Below, piece after piece: positions 42,197-46,759 of a stretch of DNA of 46,759 bases. The notes under the pieces are model-generated. The model searched no databases and was not told the DNA's origin. It saw only the letters and a list, made by a program, of their open reading frames with translations. The stretch spans positions 1 through 46,759 of IMG/VR virus record IMGVR_UViG_3300016667_000311; one strand, 5' to 3'. The DNA is from a virus. Lineage: Duplodnaviria; Caudoviricetes. Numbering within the stretch: position 1 is the first letter of the stretch; each line of letters starts with the position of its first letter. A program made the position numbers and the translations under genes.

Positions 42197-43711
42197 TTAT
42201 TTGGTCTCGTTTTGAGGAGCGTCCACGCCTCCAAGGCCCTTAGGAGGGGTGAACGTGATTGCTTGGTCTCTCTTGAGCCCCCTTTGGCTTACATTGATGT
42301 ATGCAACCATCGTCTTGGGCTTATCAGGGTCTTCTGGCTTAAGAGCATTAGTCATGGTCTGAGGGGTGCCAGTAGCGGTAAGCCCAGAAGGCTCACCAGC
42401 CTTTCTGCCTTGGTGAATGATGACAGGAAGGTATCTGTTTCCGTCATCCGCCATCCACCCAAATTCCTTGCCTCCACCTTTGTCTGGTCTGGTGTCGTTT
42501 GTAATCGGGAACGGGATGACAAAAGGTTCTCCCTTGGCAATCATGGCAGAAGGACTGAAGTTCTTGAGCGGCGTAGTAACCACCTTGCCCTTTTCGTCGT
42601 ATCTTGGCTTGTTGTCCTTTCCGTAGACTGGGACCTTGTTGTCGTGGAATTTTTCAGAAGAAAGCCTTCTGTAGGCGGATTCCCAGTGTCTGAGGAAGTC
42701 ATCAGGCTTGTTAGCCGTGATGATGGACAGCGGGTCACCTTTGTAACCGCTCTGAATTGCTTGGTCTGCGGCGTGGTTCGCGACTAGTTCGGAGTAGATT
42801 CCCTTGTTCGGGTCTGCGTTTCCAGCCGTAATGGCTTCATAGAGCGTAGGGTCAGTAAAGTCGCTTCCAAGGAGTTTGTCCGCAATAATGGCTCTCTGGG
42901 CGGCAACTTTTTCCGCTTCGGCCTTTTCCTTGTTCTTTTGTTGTGTGGCAGAATCCTCTCCAGAGATGGCTCTTCCAGCGAGGTAACCGCCACCGCCAAG
43001 GGTGCCCCAAGACGTACTCCCCTTGATAATTTTACCCATGGTGCCGCTGTTTGCCGCCCATCCTTCCCCAGCCAGCGTTCTGAAAAAGTTTCCTAGAACG
43101 GGAACACTAGGCTCAGAGTGGACCCATTCTTGGAACGCTTTCGGCAATGTGTATCCACCTGCCGTAGAAGGAATGGTTTCGCTTACCACGCCTTCTCTTG
43201 GAAAATCAGCGGCCTTGTTTTCAACCCTTACAGTCTTGCCCTTGTCCTTGGGGACCACCTCGACGTAGGTCGGCTTCTTTGTCTTTTTGGCGGCGGCGAC
43301 CTGCTTTGGGTCGAACTCGACTTGTTTGTTTTTGAAGAGTTCCGTGAGGGATTTGAATTCAAACTGGTCTTTAGTGTCAGGACTACTGCCTTCATCGGAA
43401 AACCAGTCGAGCCACGAACCCTTCTTGCCCTCAGTTCCAAGACCGACCACCTGATTGTCGTCGAACCTCATCTTGCCATTCTCGTCAAAGGTGACTTTGA
43501 CCCTTTTGTTGAGGCCAGCGGCTTCTACGATGTCTCCCCAGTTTTCTTCTACGACTGGAGCGATGTTCTCGTCGATGACCCTAGGATTGCCAGCCTTGAC
43601 CCCGATAGGAAGGGCTCCGCCCTTTGTGCCAGAGGAGGATGGTGCGACGTCGTCGATTTTGGCTAGGATTTTCCTAACCACTTTCTTTTGCTGTTCAGTA
43701 GCCATGTCCAA
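42197..43711 (-). CDS. Hypothetical (probable internal virion) protein
   Basis: 504-aa ORF contiguous with its neighbours in the virion operon. Confidence 0.7.
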   Translation of the reverse strand: MDMATEQQKKVVRKILAKIDDVAPSSSGTKGGALPIGVKAGNPRVIDENIAPVVEENWGDIVEAAGLNKRVKVTFDENGKMRFDDNQVVGLGTEGKKGSWLDWFSDEGSSPDTKDQFEFKSLTELFKNKQVEFDPKQVAAAKKTKKPTYVEVVPKDKGKTVRVENKAADFPREGVVSETIPSTAGGYTLPKAFQEWVHSEPSVPVLGNFFRTLAGEGWAANSGTMGKIIKGSTSWGTLGGGGYLAGRAISGEDSATQQKNKEKAEAEKVAAQRAIIADKLLGSDFTDPTLYEAITAGNADPNKGIYSELVANHAADQAIQSGYKGDPLSIITANKPDDFLRHWESAYRRLSSEKFHDNKVPVYGKDNKPRYDEKGKVVTTPLKNFSPSAMIAKGEPFVIPFPITNDTRPDKGGGKEFGWMADDGNRYLPVIIHQGRKAGEPSGLTATGTPQTMTNALKPEDPDKPKTMVAYINVSQRGLKRDQAITFTPPKGLGGVDAPQNETK

Positions 43712-44771
43712 ATCCTTTGCTTGTAGGTGTATTCTTTTTGTTTTTGGTTCTAAAATTCATGATGCCTTCCCAGTCAGTTTTTCCTCTCATCGACTTGGGA
43801 CCTGCGGCAAGCCTTTCAAGTTCTTCGAGGCTTAAATGCCTTGCTTCGGCTTCTTTTCTTGCTCCAAGGTTCTCAAGTTTCCCGTAGACGCCGCTTAATT
43901 TTTCATTTCCTAGGGAATCAATGGCCTTGAGCACCCTGCTGTCTATTGTGGAGATGCTCTTGTCCCCTCTCGCAACTGCGTTCAGTTGGTTTCTGTACAT
44001 TTCAAGTGCTTCGCTAATCCCGTCTGCATCCCCAGATTCGATAAGGCTGATTATTCTGTCGTCCAGTTTGGCCTTATGCCCAGACCAGAACCCTTCGTCC
44101 TTGGATGAGCGTTGAAGGCTTCCACCAGCGATGTGCCTGTATGCGTTGAGCGGCAAAGTAGAGGCTCCTCCGACTACGGCACCAGTGCCACCAGCAATAG
44201 AACCCATGCCAACCCCGTGGGAAAATGTTCTGGTGTCATCCGAGGCCATGTCCAGTTTATGGATTCTGTCTAAAATCTTGTCGGCAAGGTCATACCTGCC
44301 TCTGAATCTTGCCGACTTGACGGCATCCATCATTCTGTCGGCATCACTGCGTTGCGTGTCTGCTATGGCATCCATAGCAAGGGTGGCACCCATTACTCCG
44401 CCAGCACCAGCCAAGTTTCCTTTAATCGTGGTGGCCCCGTAGGATGGGTTCACGAACGCATTTACGAGCGGAGCGGCCCTTCCGAATCGAGTGGCCACGG
44501 CGGCCTTTTGTGCTTCTGGCAGGAACATCGTGGCGTTATTCGCCATGTCGATGCCGTACAGAATGTTGTCACCCAAGGACTGACCAGAGCCCTTGATGTC
44601 GTAGATAGGCGAGTACGTAGTCTCTTTTGTCTCTGGGTCCGTTACAGTAGGCGTATTTTTTTCCCTGAATGCTGGAGGCGTGAATCCAGCAACGTCAGAT
44701 ACAACCTTTCCGAAGGCTAGTACGTCCTCAGGGTTTACGTATGGCTTAACTTGGCCAGTGAGAATTGCCAT
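43695..44771 (-). CDS. Probable internal virion protein with glycine-zipper-like segments
   Basis: 358 aa; GNLAGAGGVMGAT and GVGMGSIAGGTGAVVGG. Confidence 0.65.
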   Translation of the reverse strand: MAILTGQVKPYVNPEDVLAFGKVVSDVAGFTPPAFREKNTPTVTDPETKETTYSPIYDIKGSGQSLGDNILYGIDMANNATMFLPEAQKAAVATRFGRAAPLVNAFVNPSYGATTIKGNLAGAGGVMGATLAMDAIADTQRSDADRMMDAVKSARFRGRYDLADKILDRIHKLDMASDDTRTFSHGVGMGSIAGGTGAVVGGASTLPLNAYRHIAGGSLQRSSKDEGFWSGHKAKLDDRIISLIESGDADGISEALEMYRNQLNAVARGDKSISTIDSRVLKAIDSLGNEKLSGVYGKLENLGARKEAEARHLSLEELERLAAGPKSMRGKTDWEGIMNFRTKNKKNTPTSKGFGHGY

Positions 44772-45641
44772 TTACTTTGCGTATTTCTTGTTCAGGTCTA
44801 TCGGCTCAGTCGTGTTAGTAGCCTGCCCAGTAATTGTATTGGTCTTGGTGCTGTTGTTTGACTTGGAGAAATCTACCCTGTCTGGCGTAACGCCCTCCTT
44901 GATTGCCGCAACATCACCTGCTGGCTGTTGAGTCTGCGGCTTAATCGTGAAATTAGAACCAGCCTTTCCAGGGGTCATCGCCTTGATTCTGGAAATGATT
45001 GCGGTAATTTCATTCTGGTCGAACGGATTGGCTGGGTTGATAAGGCCCCTGATTCTATCGTACTCTGCTTGATACTGTTGCTTCAGGGAAGGGTCGGTGA
45101 TGGTGCTAATGTAGTTGACCCACTGACTGTGCCAATCTGCCAAATCAAGTTCGTTTGTAGCCCTTTGCTCATTCCTGATTTCTTCCTCTGTCTTAGGAAC
45201 CTTACCAGCCGCAAGGGCGGCAGCCCTTATTCTTTCAAGTTCTCTGTCATGTGCCAACTTTGCTTCCTCACCTCTAAGTTTTGCGGCAGCGGCGGCATCA
45301 TCGAGGCGAGCCTGTCTGTTGTTATTATCCCTAGTGTCTTGGTCTTTCTGGCTACGCTCATAGGCAACCTTATCAGCCTCCAGACGCTGGCTAAGAAGGT
45401 CTTGTTCTTTCTGCCTATTGAGCACACCTTCACGAATGGTAGTCTTGTCCCTGAGGATGGACTCTCTGTCCTGCTGGCCAATCTGCATAGCGGTACGCAT
45501 GGTGGCACCTACGCCTTGAACGCCAGTGGTAAATGCGGACTTGGCGAAGTCCAGTTGACTATCGAGGACGGGGTTTCTCTGACCCAGTGCGTAGTTGAGG
45601 GTATCTCTCTGCGACTGACCTCCGAGGAAGTTGAATTGCAT
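44772..45641 (-). CDS. Probable internal virion protein (coiled coil)
   Basis: Start at ATG 45641 (MQFNFLGG) just after the upstream stop; Q/R/E-rich helical sequence. Confidence 0.65.
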   Translation of the reverse strand: MQFNFLGGQSQRDTLNYALGQRNPVLDSQLDFAKSAFTTGVQGVGATMRTAMQIGQQDRESILRDKTTIREGVLNRQKEQDLLSQRLEADKVAYERSQKDQDTRDNNNRQARLDDAAAAAKLRGEEAKLAHDRELERIRAAALAAGKVPKTEEEIRNEQRATNELDLADWHSQWVNYISTITDPSLKQQYQAEYDRIRGLINPANPFDQNEITAIISRIKAMTPGKAGSNFTIKPQTQQPAGDVAAIKEGVTPDRVDFSKSNNSTKTNTITGQATNTTEPIDLNKKYAK

Positions 45642-45646
45642 GTTAG

Positions 45647-46555
45647 TTAAGTCTGTGAAGCGGCTCCGTGCTGGCCGAAGGCACCCATAAGGATTGAAGC
45701 ACCTTCCCAAGACTGGTTCTGCTGAACAGCCTTGTCATAGCCACGCATGACGCCACCAGCGGAACCGATTGTCTGCCTGATTTGCTGGTCTCTGATTTCG
45801 CCAGCGTTCTTGGCCTCGACTGCGGATGCATGGGCATCGGAGATAAGGGGAGACTCGAACGGAACTACAATCGGGATTCCAGCGGCCATGTTAAGGCAAG
45901 CGTTAGCCGCCTCTTGCAGTTGCTGTACGGAAAGGGAATTGGCTAGATAAGTTGTGTTTTGACCACCACCGCTGGCGGCACTGAGTCCGAGTACGAACTG
46001 ATTATTGCTGTCCTGATTGACCAACTTAGCCGAGTAGTAAGCGTATGCCGTATTGGCAGAAGTAACAGTCCTAGCGGTAAGATGCTGGGTGACTAGGTCG
46101 TCGGCGGCGGCGAACTCTTCCGAATTGGCCGAGTAAGCGTCAATCGTCTGTGCGATTTCCTTCTTCGGGTCTCTTCCGTAGAACTTGTACTGAGGGAGCG
46201 GAAGTGCGGTGGTGGACGCAAGGGCGGCTTCGGCCTCTGCGAGGGTGTTAAAGGCAAGTGGGAAGCCAGAACTGCCAGAAGAAGTGTAGGGTGCCGTCTT
46301 GGAGGTGACGAAAACAAGACCAAGATTGCCTCTCCAGATTTGGTATTTGGCATCTACAGTCCAGTCGGTGCCAGCAGGATAGACGTCGGTACTAGTCCAG
46401 ACTCCAGTGCCAGCATCAAGGTAGTGCCTGATGTCCGTCATGGTCTTGACGTAAAGTCCGCCATCTAAGCCCTTCAGGTCCTGCTCATGCACTGTCACAT
46501 ACGCCTGATTAGCATAAGGCGGATAAGTCTGCGGATTGGGGTCGGGAGTGGGCAT
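45647..46555 (-). CDS. Hypothetical virion protein
   Basis: 302 aa, sharing a TGATG overlap with the nozzle stop. Confidence 0.7.
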   Translation of the reverse strand: MPTPDPNPQTYPPYANQAYVTVHEQDLKGLDGGLYVKTMTDIRHYLDAGTGVWTSTDVYPAGTDWTVDAKYQIWRGNLGLVFVTSKTAPYTSSGSSGFPLAFNTLAEAEAALASTTALPLPQYKFYGRDPKKEIAQTIDAYSANSEEFAAADDLVTQHLTARTVTSANTAYAYYSAKLVNQDSNNQFVLGLSAASGGGQNTTYLANSLSVQQLQEAANACLNMAAGIPIVVPFESPLISDAHASAVEAKNAGEIRDQQIRQTIGSAGGVMRGYDKAVQQNQSWEGASILMGAFGQHGAASQT

Positions 46556-46759
46556 CAGAAGGAAGAGAAGATAGACTTACCTACAATGGACATCTCAATA
46601 CCTATGCTGTAAATGACTGGCCTTCCAGACTTTACGACAATTTCAATCTTACCACCCATCGACTTTTTGTTAGCCAAAGCACGTCTAACCGCAGTGCCAA
46701 GGTTGGCATTGAACTTGTCCATGAGCCATCTTCCGTCTGGGTTGACTGAGATGAAATAG
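46555..46759 (-). CDS. Tail nozzle-like protein, 3' part (continuation of 1..1181)
   Basis: Joining position 1 to 46759 gives codon TCC and the in-frame sequence ...KGPAEVES-YFISVNPDG...GRPVIYSIGIEMSIVGKSIFSSF*, about 461 aa in total. Confidence 0.85.
   Translation of the reverse strand, partial: YFISVNPDGRWLMDKFNANLGTAVRRALANKKSMGGKIEIVVKSGRPVIYSIGIEMSIVGKSIFSSF

Noticed and set aside
1-46759. CRISPR array, attP/integrase, alternative genetic code
   Set aside because: No regularly spaced direct repeats and no recombinase motif were seen. Genes are intact in the standard code and neither tRNA is a suppressor.

Overview
The window is apparently a complete, circularly permuted 46,759-bp genome of a podovirus-like tailed phage. 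The tail nozzle-like gene runs off position 1 on the - strand and continues in frame at position 46759. The - strand carries the morphogenesis operon: terminase large subunit, HTH, portal, scaffold, DUF5309/SU10-type major capsid, tail adaptor and nozzle, several probable internal virion proteins, a giant 5,729-aa polyvalent-type protein (about 37% of the genome), a holin and a spanin-like lipoprotein. The + strand (about 15.4-22.9 kb) carries an early/replication operon: a RecE/DUF3799-like exonuclease, an ERF annealase, an HTH initiator with a DnaC-like loader, RHH regulators and two tRNA-Arg genes. I recognised no integrase, repressor, DNA polymerase, primase or helicase. Three things stand out. 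(1) The early leader region holds an IHF-like site, a boxA, a tRNA, a string of tRNA-sized structured RNA elements (two closing with stem+NCCA), a 32-aa membrane peptide and a small bacterial-type histone-fold protein. (2) The giant protein is punctuated by a recurring xxLM[IVL]G[GN]-like motif at apparent domain boundaries and seems to hold degenerate/intact pairs of modules. (3) Translation starts look Shine-Dalgarno-free, with a 'hairpin + A/C-rich tract + ATG' layout. All product calls come from motif recognition by eye; no database searches or folding programs were run.
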